Shown in pieces: positions 42,501 to 53,535 of a DNA stretch of 64,000 bases. Below the pieces are notes generated by a model. That model did no database searches and was not told the DNA's origin. It saw nothing but the letters and a program-made list of their open reading frames with translations. The position numbers and the translations under genes were made by a program. Position 1 is the first letter of the stretch; every line of letters starts with the position of its first letter. The stretch comes from Gammaproteobacteria bacterium (GTDB taxonomy: Bacteria; Pseudomonadota; Gammaproteobacteria; Arenicellales; Poriferihabitantaceae), in assembly GCA_026709505.1 (NCBI GenBank), contig JAPOSW010000094.1, forward strand, positions 9,657 to 73,656. Direction: 5' to 3'.

Positions 42501-43277
42501 TCAAGCCCGGGCAAACTGCTTGAGGCTCTCGCAAACCGAGGCAGTTCCGGGAGAGCATACGCTCACATTGCAAATCTTATTTTGTTTGCAGTAATTGGCA
42601 ATTCTTGCGCTAATCACAAGCGCACAAGTGGTCTCGATCAGATGCCTGTGACTGGCCCCGAGCAATTCAAGCAATGCATCGAGAATGTTATGGCTGGTAA
42701 CGATCACGACGTCAAACCCTATCGATTTCCACACTTGAATCACTTCATCAAATGCTCGGTCGGTAACCTGTCTGCGATAACTCATTACAGGCAATACAGC
42801 TGCCCCCGATTTTTCGAGATCTTCGGTTAATTTTTCCCGGCCTTCCTGACCTCGAAATATCGCTATATGCTTGCCGGACAGCTCTACATGCTGCAGTGAT
42901 TCAAGCAAGCCTTCCGATGTGAATTCATGCTCAGGTTCAATATCAACGCGAACCCCATAGCCTCTCAACACTTGACTGGTTACTGGCCCGACGCTGCAAA
43001 CCAGAGCTGAAGAGGGCCAATCCAGACCTAGGCTGCGCATGCGCATGACTACCGCCCTTGCCGCTGCCACACTGACCATAATGATGATTCCGAATCTTTC
43101 CATGTCTCGCAAAGCCTGATCAAGGTCTCCATAGCTTTCGGGCGGTACGGTCTCAACCACCGGAAAGTGCAAGGTTTCTGCACCGAGCTGGCGAAGTTCC
43201 TTGACCAGTTCATCGCCTTGCGGGCTGGGTCTTGGCACCAGTACTCGAAGCCCAGATAGTTGACCGGAATCAGACAT
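42501..43277 (-). CDS. hemD: Uroporphyrinogen-III synthase
   Basis: VLVPRP, VGPVT, SEGLL, FRGQEGRE, YRR. Confidence 0.92.
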   Translation of the reverse strand: MSDSGQLSGLRVLVPRPSPQGDELVKELRQLGAETLHFPVVETVPPESYGDLDQALRDMERFGIIIMVSVAAARAVVMRMRSLGLDWPSSALVCSVGPVTSQVLRGYGVRVDIEPEHEFTSEGLLESLQHVELSGKHIAIFRGQEGREKLTEDLEKSGAAVLPVMSYRRQVTDRAFDEVIQVWKSIGFDVVIVTSHNILDALLELLGASHRHLIETTCALVISARIANYCKQNKICNVSVCSPGTASVCESLKQFARA

Positions 43278-44205
43278 CGCTGAATCGCTTGAGAATCTTG
43301 TCGGCACCCTGATCAACCAGCTCTCCTGCTACCTCCTCGGCCAGTTGACCGCCCGACTGGTACGGACCGATACGATCGGACTTCAAGAGATTCGACCCGT
43401 CAAGTTCCCCCACCATTGCCCTTAACCGGAGCTTCGTCTCGTCCCGGTCAAACCACTGTTCGGCAAATACAGCCACTGGCGCATGACAGCCTCCGTTCAA
43501 AATTGCATTCACTTTGCGCTCTGCAGCAACAAGAAACGCACTATCCGGATTGTTGATGGGCGAGATTAAATCTCTGGTTTTTTCATCCTCGGCACGACAT
43601 TCGATACCAACAACGCCCTGTCCCGCGGCCGGCAAGCAGATATCAGGGCTGATCGTCTGGCGGATGCGGTGTTCCATGTCCAGTCGCTTGAGTCCAGCCA
43701 CTGCAAGAATAACTGCATCATATTGGCCACTATCGAGTTTTGACAATCGCGTATGGACATTCCCGCGCAGGTTGGAGAACTCAAGATGGGGATAGGCAGC
43801 CTTTAATTGCGAGACACGTCTTAAACTGCAAGTGCCGACAATACTGCCTTCTGGCATCTCCTCTAGTGAATCATGGTGATTCGACACATAGGCATCCCGG
43901 GGATCCTCTCTTGGACAGACCACCGGAATGGTCAAGCCATCCGGGAGATTGACAGTCACATCCTTCATGGAATGCACCGCTAAATCTGCCGCTCCTTCCA
44001 ACAGTGCCATTTCCAGTTCCTTGAGAAATAAACCCTTGCCCCCAGCCTGATGGAGAGGAATATCCAGGGTTCGATCGCCTTCCGAAACGACCTTGTGCAA
44101 CTCAACCACCAACCCTGGATATTGCTGCTGAAGGGACTCCTTGACATAATTTGCCTGCCAGAGTGCCAAAGCACTCTGGCGGGTGCAAATTCGGATCTTC
44201 TGCAT
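43270..44205 (-). CDS. hemC: Hydroxymethylbilane synthase
   Basis: TRQSALALWQA, GGKGLFLKELE, VHSMKD, GGCHAP. Confidence 0.97.
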   Translation of the reverse strand: MQKIRICTRQSALALWQANYVKESLQQQYPGLVVELHKVVSEGDRTLDIPLHQAGGKGLFLKELEMALLEGAADLAVHSMKDVTVNLPDGLTIPVVCPREDPRDAYVSNHHDSLEEMPEGSIVGTCSLRRVSQLKAAYPHLEFSNLRGNVHTRLSKLDSGQYDAVILAVAGLKRLDMEHRIRQTISPDICLPAAGQGVVGIECRAEDEKTRDLISPINNPDSAFLVAAERKVNAILNGGCHAPVAVFAEQWFDRDETKLRLRAMVGELDGSNLLKSDRIGPYQSGGQLAEEVAGELVDQGADKILKRFSDV

Positions 44206-44308
44206 GCTCAGTCACCGTCTCCGAAAGAGAACGGATTCAAACGACTGATGCTGCCACCAGAAATTGCTGCTTGCAACGACAATGAATACAGGCATCCAGA
44301 ATGATCCA

Positions 44309-45007
44309 TCAATTGCTTTTTGATACCTTGAGCCGTAACGGCTTGATCCCTTCCTCTTTCAGTATCCTGTCTGCATTTTGCATTTCTTCATAGACGGAGA
44401 ACGGTCCCAGTCGAACTCGATAGAAATCACCTCTATCTTGAATTGTAACTTTCTGAATATTCGAAGTTAGTCCAGATAGGGCCAGGCGTGCTCGCAACTG
44501 TTCAGCATCCGTCTGGCGCTTGAATGAGGCAGCCTGAAGCATGAAGTGTTCTTCACTGGATGCAGCCGGTTCTGGCTGTGGCGTCGACGTCGCCGAGTCC
44601 GGATTGACAATTGCCAGTTCCGTACTCGAATTGTCTGCTTCGGCTTCGCCACTCTCTGGCTCCTGAACAGCGGTGATGGGCGGATTTGCTGCGATTTGAC
44701 GATAATCTTCCGGTATCAGCACTTCAACTTCCGGCAAGACCGTATAAAAATCATAGATGTTCGGCTGCCCGCCCGAAACCGATTCTGCATCGGAAGCCTG
44801 TTCCTGATTACCAAGAACTTCGCTCTGCTTGGATTCATCCATCAACCCACGAATTCCCTTTCCAAAGTCTGACTTCGGAACCCCGACCTGCAACACCACC
44901 ATTGTTAGTGCGCCGACACTGACTCCAATCGCAAATGTAATCAAGGTGTGGGGCATACGGCTGCCCGATGCCGAACGGCGCACTGGTTTTTTCTTTCTTC
45001 CTGCCAT
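44309..45007 (-). CDS. SPOR-domain protein (FtsN-like)
   Basis: Single TM, YDFYTVLP, C-terminal LQAASF..A..L..YRVRLGPF; follows argS. Confidence 0.88.
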   Translation of the reverse strand: MAGRKKKPVRRSASGSRMPHTLITFAIGVSVGALTMVVLQVGVPKSDFGKGIRGLMDESKQSEVLGNQEQASDAESVSGGQPNIYDFYTVLPEVEVLIPEDYRQIAANPPITAVQEPESGEAEADNSSTELAIVNPDSATSTPQPEPAASSEEHFMLQAASFKRQTDAEQLRARLALSGLTSNIQKVTIQDRGDFYRVRLGPFSVYEEMQNADRILKEEGIKPLRLKVSKSN

Positions 45008-45023
45008 AATATCGACCGCTGAG

Positions 45024-46760
45024 TCACATGCTTGTTGGGGCAGAAACTCCGAGAATTCCGAGCCCGTTTGCAATCACCACTCGAACCGCATCAATCAAAC
45101 CCAGTCTAGCGAGCCGCAATTCATCCTCGCTCGATAAGAAGGGGTGCTCATTGTAGTAAGCGTGAAACAGCTGGGCTAGATTTCGCAAATAATAGGCCAC
45201 TTGGTGCGGAGTGCGGGTCTGTGCTGCATTAACTACCGTATCCGGGAATTGAGAAAGGGTTTTCAATAGCTCTGTTTCCTGTTTTTCAATCAGCAGGCGA
45301 TAAGCAGGCTGTCGGTTATCCGGTGTTTCCATTCCCCGACCCTTGACCTGCTGGAAGACACTCGAGATCCGGGCATGTGCATATTGTATGTAAAAAACCG
45401 GATTTTCAGCACTTTCCGACTTGGCCAGATCAAGATCAAAGTCCATGTGTTGATCAGAGCGCCGGAGCACATAGAAAAACCGGGCTGCGTCATTTCCTAC
45501 TTCCTCCCTTAACTCACGCAAGGAGACAAACTCTCCACCTCGGGTTGACATGGATACTTTCGCAGAACCCCGATACAGCACTGCAAACTGCACCATCAAG
45601 AACTCCAGTCGATCAGCGGGATTTCCCAAGGCCTGGAAAGATGCCTCTATACGTTTGGTATATCCATGATGATCAGCGCCAAATACATTGATGACCTGAT
45701 CGTAGTTTCGCTCTGCCTTATTGTAGTGATAGGCGATATCGGAAGCGAAATAGGTTTTGCTGCCGTTCGCTCGAACCACCACTCGATCCTTGTCATCCTC
45801 GAAATCGGTTGAGCGAAACCAGGTGGCGCCATCTTTAACGTAAAGATAGCCGTTTTTTTCGAGGCGTTCCAGCGCCGCCTCAATATCGCCGTTGTGTACA
45901 AGCTGGCTTTCGTGAAACCATTGATCGAAAACCACCCCGAATTCCGCGAGATCCTGCTTGATATCCTGCACCATCGACTGACTCGCCATGTCAAACAGGA
46001 TCTGGTAATCATCATCCAGACTGCTCTTGGCTCGGTTGATCAGTTCGTCAATGTTCTCTTCATCATCTTCTGGCAGATCCTGAAACAATGTTTCAGCATG
46101 CACGGCAAATCTCTTTTGATGTTCCTCAAGAAGGCGTTTCCCGATATTTCGGATATAGTCGCCCTGATATCCCCGGGCTGGAAATTCGCTTACGAGTCCG
46201 AGTTCTTCCAGATAGCGAATCCAGATACTCACGGTCAGGGTGTCCATCTGGCGACCAGCATCATTCACATAGTATTCCCTCTCAACATCATAGCCTGCAT
46301 AGGACATGGTTCTGGCCAGAGCATCGCCATATGCCGCGCCTCGTCCATGACCCACATGCAGGGGCCCGGTTGGATTGCTTGAGACAAACTCTATCAGCAC
46401 CTTTGGGCTATTCTCGATTCGGGATCTGCCGTAATCGGGGCCTGCTTCCCGGATTTCGTCGATCAGGTCAAGATAGGCTTCTGAATGCACGTAAAAGTTG
46501 ATGAACCCGGGTCCGGCAATCTCGCAGCGTTCCAGAATTTCACAGCTGGGCATGGAATCAACAATACTTTGAGCACACTCTCTAGGTGAAACCTTCTGCT
46601 TCGAAGCCAGCTGCATTGCCAAGTTGGTGGTGAAATCACCATGGGGCCCACTGCGCGGCCTCTCTATGATGATGCTCTGTGGATCAGCGTTAAGAAACCT
46701 GCCCTGCTGTTGCAGACTTGCAAGGGCCTGCGAGACCAGTTCGAGAACTTTTTCTTTCAT
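45024..46760 (-). CDS. argS: Arginine--tRNA ligase
   Basis: IAGPGFINF, SSNPTGPLHVGHGR, GADHHGY, MSTRGG, QYAHAR. Confidence 0.97.
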   Translation of the reverse strand: MKEKVLELVSQALASLQQQGRFLNADPQSIIIERPRSGPHGDFTTNLAMQLASKQKVSPRECAQSIVDSMPSCEILERCEIAGPGFINFYVHSEAYLDLIDEIREAGPDYGRSRIENSPKVLIEFVSSNPTGPLHVGHGRGAAYGDALARTMSYAGYDVEREYYVNDAGRQMDTLTVSIWIRYLEELGLVSEFPARGYQGDYIRNIGKRLLEEHQKRFAVHAETLFQDLPEDDEENIDELINRAKSSLDDDYQILFDMASQSMVQDIKQDLAEFGVVFDQWFHESQLVHNGDIEAALERLEKNGYLYVKDGATWFRSTDFEDDKDRVVVRANGSKTYFASDIAYHYNKAERNYDQVINVFGADHHGYTKRIEASFQALGNPADRLEFLMVQFAVLYRGSAKVSMSTRGGEFVSLRELREEVGNDAARFFYVLRRSDQHMDFDLDLAKSESAENPVFYIQYAHARISSVFQQVKGRGMETPDNRQPAYRLLIEKQETELLKTLSQFPDTVVNAAQTRTPHQVAYYLRNLAQLFHAYYNEHPFLSSEDELRLARLGLIDAVRVVIANGLGILGVSAPTSM

Positions 46761-46895
46761 GAATATGGCCGAAGTACGCTGATCTTGAGCGAGTACAAAT
46801 CAGTGATTGTACTCGGATGAAGCGATGGATTAGAGGCAGGACAGGAAGTTCTTCAGAATGTTTGACTTTTTTCCTGCTTTTATAAATGACAAGCC

Positions 46896-48518
46896 TTAAT
46901 ATGTCGGGTCATACATGAACTCCTCAATATGGCTTTCGATATTGTCAGGGCGGGGTAATTGAGAAATATCATTGTCCCAGGCATACGTCGCAACCGCTGT
47001 CGCTATGTTGAGCGAAACGCGCCTAATCTTTTCCACTCTGGGGTAGACGGAACTATGCTCAATATCCTCGTCAGTCAGGGATTCGGCAAGTACCTTGGCA
47101 GCGACCAGAAACATCTCGTCTGGAATGAGTCTGGCCTTGCAGACGATTGCGCCGAGACCAACACCCGGGAAAATATAGGCATTATTCCCCTGACCGGGCC
47201 TGATCAGCCTTCCATCATAATTGATGTCATCAAACGGGCTTCCGCTTGCAAAAACTGCCCGCCCATCAGTCCATTGATAGGCCTCCTCAGCCGTACATTC
47301 AGCGCGGCTGGTTGGATTTGACAATGCAAAAATACCCGGTTTCGACTTGATTGATGCCATTTTGCGAACCAGTTCCTGGGTAAAGGTTGCCGGCGTGCCG
47401 GTTGCCCCAATCAGTATGTCGGGGCGATGGATATCAATCGCTTCCAGTAGTTCACACTCTTCCACATCGTGTGCATAGCGCTGGATGTAATCCGGCAAGC
47501 TTGGCAACCCTTTGCGAATAAGCCCCTGCCGGTTGAAAAACCACAGTCTCTGGACAGCTTCAGCTTCATCAAGCCCACTTTCAATCAGAGCCTCGACAAT
47601 CAGGTTGCCCATGCCGGTTGCCGCTGATCCAGCTCCCAGAAACAGGAATTTGAGATCTCGAAAATCCACCCCTGAAAAACGCGTTGAAGCATATATTCCG
47701 GCTAATACCACTGATGCTGTTCCCTGAATATCGTCGTTGAAGCACAGTGCCTTTTCGCGATAGGCATTCAAGTGAGTAAAGGCATTATCGGCCGTGAAGT
47801 CTTCAAATTGAATCAGCACACCGGGAAACGCGTCCTGGGCCGCCTCGATGAATTCATCCATCAGGCTGAAATATTCATCGCCCTGCAAGCGCGGCTGTCG
47901 CAATCCAAGATAGATCGGATCTTCGATCAGCTCTTCGTTGTTCGTGCCGACATCAAACATCACCGGCAAGGTCTGATCTGGGGAAATTCCGGCACAGGCG
48001 CAATACAAACCCAGCTTGCCGAGCGGGATGCCCATTCCATTGGCCCCAAGATCACCCAAGCCGAGAATTCGCCCGCCATCGGTAATCACGATAATTCGCA
48101 CATCGCGGTTAGGCCAGTTGTCGAGAATCTTGCGGATTTTCCCCCGGTCACGGGCGGTAACGTAAAACCCTTTTTCAGTACGGAATATGCTGGCAAATTC
48201 ACGGCACGCCTGCCCGACGGTCGGGGTATAGACGATTGGCAGCAATTCCTGAAAATTGTCCATGATCAATCTGAAGAACAGCCGCTCGTTGCGATCCTGC
48301 AACATGGACAGAAAAATGTACTTTTCAATGTCGCTTTCCTTGCGGCGCATGTTTGCAAGCACTCGCTGGATCTGGGTCTTCATGGTGCCGACAGCCGGAG
48401 GGAGGAGACCACGCAAACCATACTGGTCACGCTCCTGCTCAGTAAACGCGGTTGATTTGTTGTGTGCGGCGTTATGCAGTAATTCAACGCCCATTAGCCC
48501 ATGCTTATTTTTGTCCAT
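46896..48518 (-). CDS. maeA: NAD(P)-dependent malic enzyme
   Basis: VYTPTVG, RILGLGDLG, QFEDF, FNDDIQGT, GAGSA, LSNPT. Confidence 0.95.
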   Translation of the reverse strand: MDKNKHGLMGVELLHNAAHNKSTAFTEQERDQYGLRGLLPPAVGTMKTQIQRVLANMRRKESDIEKYIFLSMLQDRNERLFFRLIMDNFQELLPIVYTPTVGQACREFASIFRTEKGFYVTARDRGKIRKILDNWPNRDVRIIVITDGGRILGLGDLGANGMGIPLGKLGLYCACAGISPDQTLPVMFDVGTNNEELIEDPIYLGLRQPRLQGDEYFSLMDEFIEAAQDAFPGVLIQFEDFTADNAFTHLNAYREKALCFNDDIQGTASVVLAGIYASTRFSGVDFRDLKFLFLGAGSAATGMGNLIVEALIESGLDEAEAVQRLWFFNRQGLIRKGLPSLPDYIQRYAHDVEECELLEAIDIHRPDILIGATGTPATFTQELVRKMASIKSKPGIFALSNPTSRAECTAEEAYQWTDGRAVFASGSPFDDINYDGRLIRPGQGNNAYIFPGVGLGAIVCKARLIPDEMFLVAAKVLAESLTDEDIEHSSVYPRVEKIRRVSLNIATAVATYAWDNDISQLPRPDNIESHIEEFMYDPTY

Positions 48519-49806
48519 TGCTCCTCTCCAGAATGATGCTTGATTTTACCTTGTCCAAATAGGCATTCTTCATCGCATCTTCAAAATCTTGATTATTGTC
48601 GTATTGATAGCCAAACACCCGCTTCCACAAAGCATGAGGCTCCATGCAAAGATAAAAAAACACTCGCCCATGCCAGCTACTCAGTGCACCATATACAGCC
48701 CTGAACATTTCAATCTTGACATGCCCTGGGTAGGACAGTTTTCCTGCACACTCTTCAAGCGGCATTTGCAAAATCTTGCTGTTCAGGTTCCGTTTCCGGA
48801 TGGTTTTCATGACTGATCGTGTGTAAGTCAGGGTTCCCAGTGAAACCATGGCGACTTGTCCTGCGTCAAAGCGTTGCACCAGAGTATGCGCAAGGTCTGT
48901 ATAGTGCGACTCCCAGTCCGAGTAATGAACAATCGGATGAAAATGAAACCCTACCAGAGTCCCTTTTTTTGCTACTGCATGTGCAGCATCCAGGCGCTGG
49001 TTCAGGCTGGCTGTCAAGTGTTCCTCATGATCAATAATCACTTGTGTATTGAGCGACCAGGTGCAGATCACATTTTTAGGTACTGGATTATCCAGCAGCC
49101 ATCCGATATTTCTGGATTTGGTTTTGAGTTCAAGCAGGACATTGGGATTCTGCTCGGCAAACTCACAAAGGGCTGCAAGCACCCCCTGATGGTTTCCCCA
49201 CATCAACGAATCGGAAGACTGTCCCGTTCCAATGTGATAAAGCTGATCATCCTCTAGCCTCAGCTTTTGCAGCTTGGATGCAAAATCCGGGTCAAATGTG
49301 ACCTGATCTCCGTGGTAAAACGATTGAATACTGCAATAACTGCAATCAAATCCACATTGTTGAACCGCATCAAGGGTCAGCAGATTGCAGCAACGGGTTT
49401 TTTCTGAAGCGACTGGACATCTGCCCAAACCCAATTCCCTTTTGCTTCGATTAACCAGTTTAGGCTTCACCGTCAATGGCTTGTCATTGATGGTGAATTC
49501 CCGATAAGACTTGGTTCTACTCTTTAGTTCTTCGTGGATAGTCTGGATTTCCGCTAGCACTCTTTTTTTATTTTGCCTTGGCTCCGGATGTAGAAGGATT
49601 TTTGGCCAATCGGCTGAAATGCAGGCTTCTTTCCATCTCAATCGATCCAGCGCCATATCGCTCACTTTACACAACTCCTGTTGTGTAAAGTGCATTTCGT
49701 GAGCCTTGCTGCGAACAAAGTCCTGTGCCTGATCGTTCAACAAATGAAACGATGAATGCTCGACAATCTTTTCAAATTTCGTCTGATAGTTAAAATCGGA
49801 GTGCAT
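48505..49806 (-). CDS. Spore-photoproduct-lyase-like radical SAM protein
   Basis: CGFDCSYC, GTGQSSDSL, ELKTKS, WSLN, GFHFHP, YLCME; N-terminal extension. Confidence 0.85.
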   Translation of the reverse strand: MHSDFNYQTKFEKIVEHSSFHLLNDQAQDFVRSKAHEMHFTQQELCKVSDMALDRLRWKEACISADWPKILLHPEPRQNKKRVLAEIQTIHEELKSRTKSYREFTINDKPLTVKPKLVNRSKRELGLGRCPVASEKTRCCNLLTLDAVQQCGFDCSYCSIQSFYHGDQVTFDPDFASKLQKLRLEDDQLYHIGTGQSSDSLMWGNHQGVLAALCEFAEQNPNVLLELKTKSRNIGWLLDNPVPKNVICTWSLNTQVIIDHEEHLTASLNQRLDAAHAVAKKGTLVGFHFHPIVHYSDWESHYTDLAHTLVQRFDAGQVAMVSLGTLTYTRSVMKTIRKRNLNSKILQMPLEECAGKLSYPGHVKIEMFRAVYGALSSWHGRVFFYLCMEPHALWKRVFGYQYDNNQDFEDAMKNAYLDKVKSSIILERSNGQK

Positions 49807-50077
49807 CAGTGCTTGGCGTTCTGATTGAGTCAGCAGATATAATCCACTTTATGGATAATGGCAAATCCTACATCGCTTACAGAGCCAAAAATGCCGTGAA
49901 ATTGCAGAAAATCCAGGTTATTTTGACGGAAACTGGAATTAGTGTAGGTGCCATTTTGATTTTATCACTAATTTACCAAGGCAACGAATTTACCCGGAAA
50001 GAGCTGGGCATCCATCCTCTGTCGATCATAACCTGACCGACATTTTTTCGAAAACAAGTCCCTACATGAGTTAAGAA

Positions 50078-50701
50078 TTGATTGATTCAGCAGTCTCCAT
50101 AGATCAGATTGATCAATGCTTGCCACAAACGCAATGTATGCTTTGTGGTTACCCGCGCTGCTGGGAATATGCAGAGGCAATATATCACGGGAGCACAGAA
50201 ATCAATCAGTGCCCACCTGGAAGCACCATGACAATCTCTGCTTTGGCAGAGTTGCTGAATCGTCCTGAAATTCCCCTCAATGAAGAGCACGGGGTTCATG
50301 ATAAAAAACAAGTAGCCTTGATCCGTGAATCCGATTGTATCGGTTGCACGTTGTGTATCAAGGCCTGTCCGGTAGATTGTATTGTCGGGGCAGATAAACT
50401 GATTCATACGGTGATTACCCAACAATGCACAGGATGCAAGCTCTGCGTCCCTGTCTGTCCGACTGACTGTATTGAACTTTTGCCTGCAAAGAGTGTCAAG
50501 GGATCTCCTAGCCTCTGGCCAGACTTTGCCAAGGAACAGGTAATGCGAGCCCGCACCGATGTTCACCATAAACTTGATAGAAAAGCGAAACGTGCTTCGG
50601 AGCGCTCATCAGATATGACGCCAATCGGTCGGAAAAGACTCAAACGCGAAATTCAGGCGGCTGTCAAGCGCAAAAAATCTGCCCGTAATGATGTTTCATG
50701 A
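50078..50701 (+). CDS. rnfB: RnfB/RsxB-like Fe-S protein
   Basis: LPQTQC..CGYPRC..CPPG; two ferredoxin motifs ([24 protein letters not shown]). Confidence 0.88.
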   Translation: MIDSAVSIDQIDQCLPQTQCMLCGYPRCWEYAEAIYHGSTEINQCPPGSTMTISALAELLNRPEIPLNEEHGVHDKKQVALIRESDCIGCTLCIKACPVDCIVGADKLIHTVITQQCTGCKLCVPVCPTDCIELLPAKSVKGSPSLWPDFAKEQVMRARTDVHHKLDRKAKRASERSSDMTPIGRKRLKREIQAAVKRKKSARNDVS

Positions 50702-51330
50702 AAGCCGCTGCAATTTCTGAAGTCTTCGCCAGACTGGCCAGGAACAATCCTGCGCCAACTACTGAACTCGAGTATCGCTCTGAATTTGAATTGCTGGTCT
50801 CGGTGATTCTGTCTGCCCAGGCAACCGATATCTCCGTGAACAAGGCTACCGGCATCCTATTTCAAGTCGCCAGTACTCCATCGGCAATCCTCGCGCTTGG
50901 CCTGGACGGACTGAGGGGGTACATTCGAAATATCGGATTGTTCAATACCAAAGCGAAAAACGTCCTGAAAACCTGTGAAATGCTGCTTGAAAAGCATGAC
51001 GGAGAAGTCCCCCGAACCCGTGAAGAACTTCAGGCGTTGCCGGGAGTGGGCAGAAAAACTGCTAACGTTATCTTGAACACGGCATTTGGAGAACCCGTAA
51101 TTGCGGTTGACACACATATTTTCAGGGTCTCCAATCGAACCGGGGTCGCCCCAGGGAAAAATGTTGATGAGGTTGAAAGCAGGTTGATGAAGCGAGTTCC
51201 AGATCAATTCAAGAAAGACGCCCATCACTGGCTAATTCTGCATGGCCGATACGTGTGTATGGCGCGCAAGCCGAAATGTGCATTGTGCATAATCAATGAT
51301 CTCTGTAAAAGCGCATTCAGAATCAATTGA
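50698..51330 (+). CDS. nth: Endonuclease III
   Basis: [23 protein letters not shown]-terminal 4Fe-4S Cys. Confidence 0.97.
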   Translation: MKAAAISEVFARLARNNPAPTTELEYRSEFELLVSVILSAQATDISVNKATGILFQVASTPSAILALGLDGLRGYIRNIGLFNTKAKNVLKTCEMLLEKHDGEVPRTREELQALPGVGRKTANVILNTAFGEPVIAVDTHIFRVSNRTGVAPGKNVDEVESRLMKRVPDQFKKDAHHWLILHGRYVCMARKPKCALCIINDLCKSAFRIN

Positions 51331-51532
51331 CCTGTAATCCAACATACTCGAAAATTCAATCACATTTGAAAAACTCATTATATTCAAGATGGCAACATGC
51401 GGTAAACTTGCGAAAATTCATCAGTTACTGAATTTGATGATCGACCGTGTAGTCTGCAAATTCAAACACGGAGCAATTTGGCCTTGAAAAGCGTTCAAGC
51501 TGCCTGGAATCGTCTCCTCAGTTCCACTGAAG

Positions 51533-51682
51533 TTATATTTTCATACGGACTTCGGTGGCATCCGAATCCCAGGAGTTTGCAATGGTTTCGGATATGACAG
51601 CAGGTGTATTGCTGTAGAGATGCAATCCCATGTGATTCAGCACATTAAGGCTAATGCGCATCACATATTCGCTATCGTTCAT
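51533..51682 (-). pseudogene. 49-codon N-terminal stump of a GHKL-ATPase (HgiDII-like) restriction endonuclease
   Basis: MNDSEYVMRISLNVLNHMGLHLYSNTPAVISETIANSWDSDAT contains the GHKL ExxxNxxD box; lies directly after the C5 methyltransferase. Confidence 0.7.
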
Positions 51683-52728
51683 TCAATGCCCCCATGAGCG
51701 ACAGGCCGATAGCTTTCGCCCCAGATTAACTGGAACAGCGTTTCCGATCTGGCGCGAAAGCTCACGGACTGTCGCAGGATTATCTTCATCAATTAAGGAG
51801 TAATCGCCGGGAAAAGTCTGCAGCATGGCCCCTTCCCGAACCGATATGGCACGATTCTGTTCCGGGTGACCGAATCGTCCGGTACTGTAGTAGCAAAACT
51901 GTGTCATGATTGTAGGTGCCAGCCCGTCCCAGGACATTCTGCCGTATGGGGCAGGATAGTGGCTTTTTCTCTGGCAGTCATTGACCAGCCCATCATCCCA
52001 GTCCTTCCAGGATCGGCCAGGCCGAGACTGGATGATTCTTTTCTTATTCAAAGGTGACAGTGGCAAAGAAACATGTGCGGGGTCGCCAGGGTGCGATGAT
52101 CCTTCCAAGATTGGAGGGAGGTTGCGTATGCAGTCACCTACAGTAGTCGGTGATCCAGTTCGTGGCAGCATGGATATCTGCCCAAGACGGGAAGCCAGCA
52201 AAACCAGTCGACGGCGTTTTTGCGGAACACCATGAAGCTCGCATTGCACGATGGCATGATTAACCGCATAGCCCAGGGCTTCAAGTGTTTCGACAAAGCC
52301 ATTGAAAACGGGAAGCTTTTGAAGTCCGGGAACATTTTCCATTGAAACGAAATCCGGCCGCCCCTCCCTGACTAGCCCGGAAAACTTTGTTACCAGCGAG
52401 CAGTCGGCTTCGGATTTCGGTCTGCATCTGTTATGGCCGGAAAATGGCTGACAGGGCGCACATCCTACAAGCGCAGTAATGTCCGCATCCCTGTAGTAAT
52501 GCTCAATTTCCCTGAAATCGATTGACTGGACATCCCGGTGAACAAATTCTGCACCGGCATTGTTGGACTCGAAAGCAAATTGGCAACTTGAATCAATATC
52601 AAACCCCGCCTCGCCTTGACAGTGACTCCGGCCATCTGCAGGCCATGGGTCAATCCGACTATGCCGCAAAAAAGATCAACCGCACCAATTTTGACGCACT
52701 TTTGCTGGCGCATTACAACTTCTGACAT
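51683..52728 (-). pseudogene. C5 DNA cytosine methyltransferase, frameshifted
   Basis: DLFCG in one frame; PCQPFS, ENVPG, PQxRRR, LQTFP and GNAVP in another. A 5-bp duplication at 52607-52616 causes the shift, with a probable second shift near 51715. Confidence 0.9.
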
Positions 52729-52930
52729 TACTTGTAATTTGAGATGGGAGTATTGTCGTTGGCATGATCGCAATTATACACAAATTCAACAAACCATGAA
52801 TTCACCCGTCTCCGGATAAAATTCTCCATTTACCGTTATCAACATCGTCGAAATTTCATCAGGACAAGAATAGGAATCAAACCTTCCTTCCATTCCGACT
52901 CATTGGTACGGCACCCTGACTCAAGAATAT

Positions 52931-52950
52931 GGTAATATTGGGTAATACTG
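52931..52950 (+). promoter_or_regulatory. Tandem 10-bp repeat, possible RHH operator
   Basis: GGTAATATTG GGTAATACTG immediately before the RBS of the RHH antitoxin. Confidence 0.4.
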
Positions 52951-52962
52951 ATTCGAGGACTT

Positions 52963-53247
52963 ATGATGCCGACAACTCCTGTTACCGTCAACCTTGATGA
53001 TGATGTCCATGTTCGAATAAAGGCACTCGCAGAAGTTTGCGGCAAATCTTCCCACTGGATGATGCGGGAGGCTATCCGCCAGTATGTAGAACATAGGGAA
53101 AAGCGCGAAGAATACCTAAATGATGGATTGCGGGCCTGGGAGGCCTATGATCAGACAGGATTGCATGTTAGCCATGCCGAAGCAGATGCCTGGCTTGAAC
53201 AACTTGCTGATGGTGACAATCAGGAACCACCCTCCTGCCATCCCTAA
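52963..53247 (+). CDS. CopG/RHH antitoxin
   Basis: VNLDDDVHVRIKALA..SSHWMMREAIRQYV..TGLHV..WL. Confidence 0.88.
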   Translation: MMPTTPVTVNLDDDVHVRIKALAEVCGKSSHWMMREAIRQYVEHREKREEYLNDGLRAWEAYDQTGLHVSHAEADAWLEQLADGDNQEPPSCHP

Positions 53248-53535
53248 TCTGGTCACCGGAGGCACTTTCGGATGTGCAGCGTCTCTATCGATTTCTGTTC
53301 AAGAAACACCCGGATGCGGCAAGGCAAGCTGTCAATGCAATCCGCGATTCCATGCAGATTCTCGCAAGTCATCCCGAAATTGGGCATCCGGTAGAGAGTG
53401 TGGGTCCAGAGTTCCGTGAGTGGCCGATCAACTTCGGGGGTAGCGAGCTATGCCGTGCTTTACCGCATTAGGTCCAATGTTGCACTGGTCACTGCTGTTC
53501 GTCATCAAAAAGAGGCTGGCTACCGCAATGAGTGA
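53235..53535 (+). pseudogene. RelE/ParE toxin with CTG in place of ATG and a +1 frameshift
   Basis: (L)PSLIWSPEALSDVQRLYRFL..FREWPINFGGS, a shift near 53447, then YAVLYR..AVRHQKEAGY. Confidence 0.85.
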
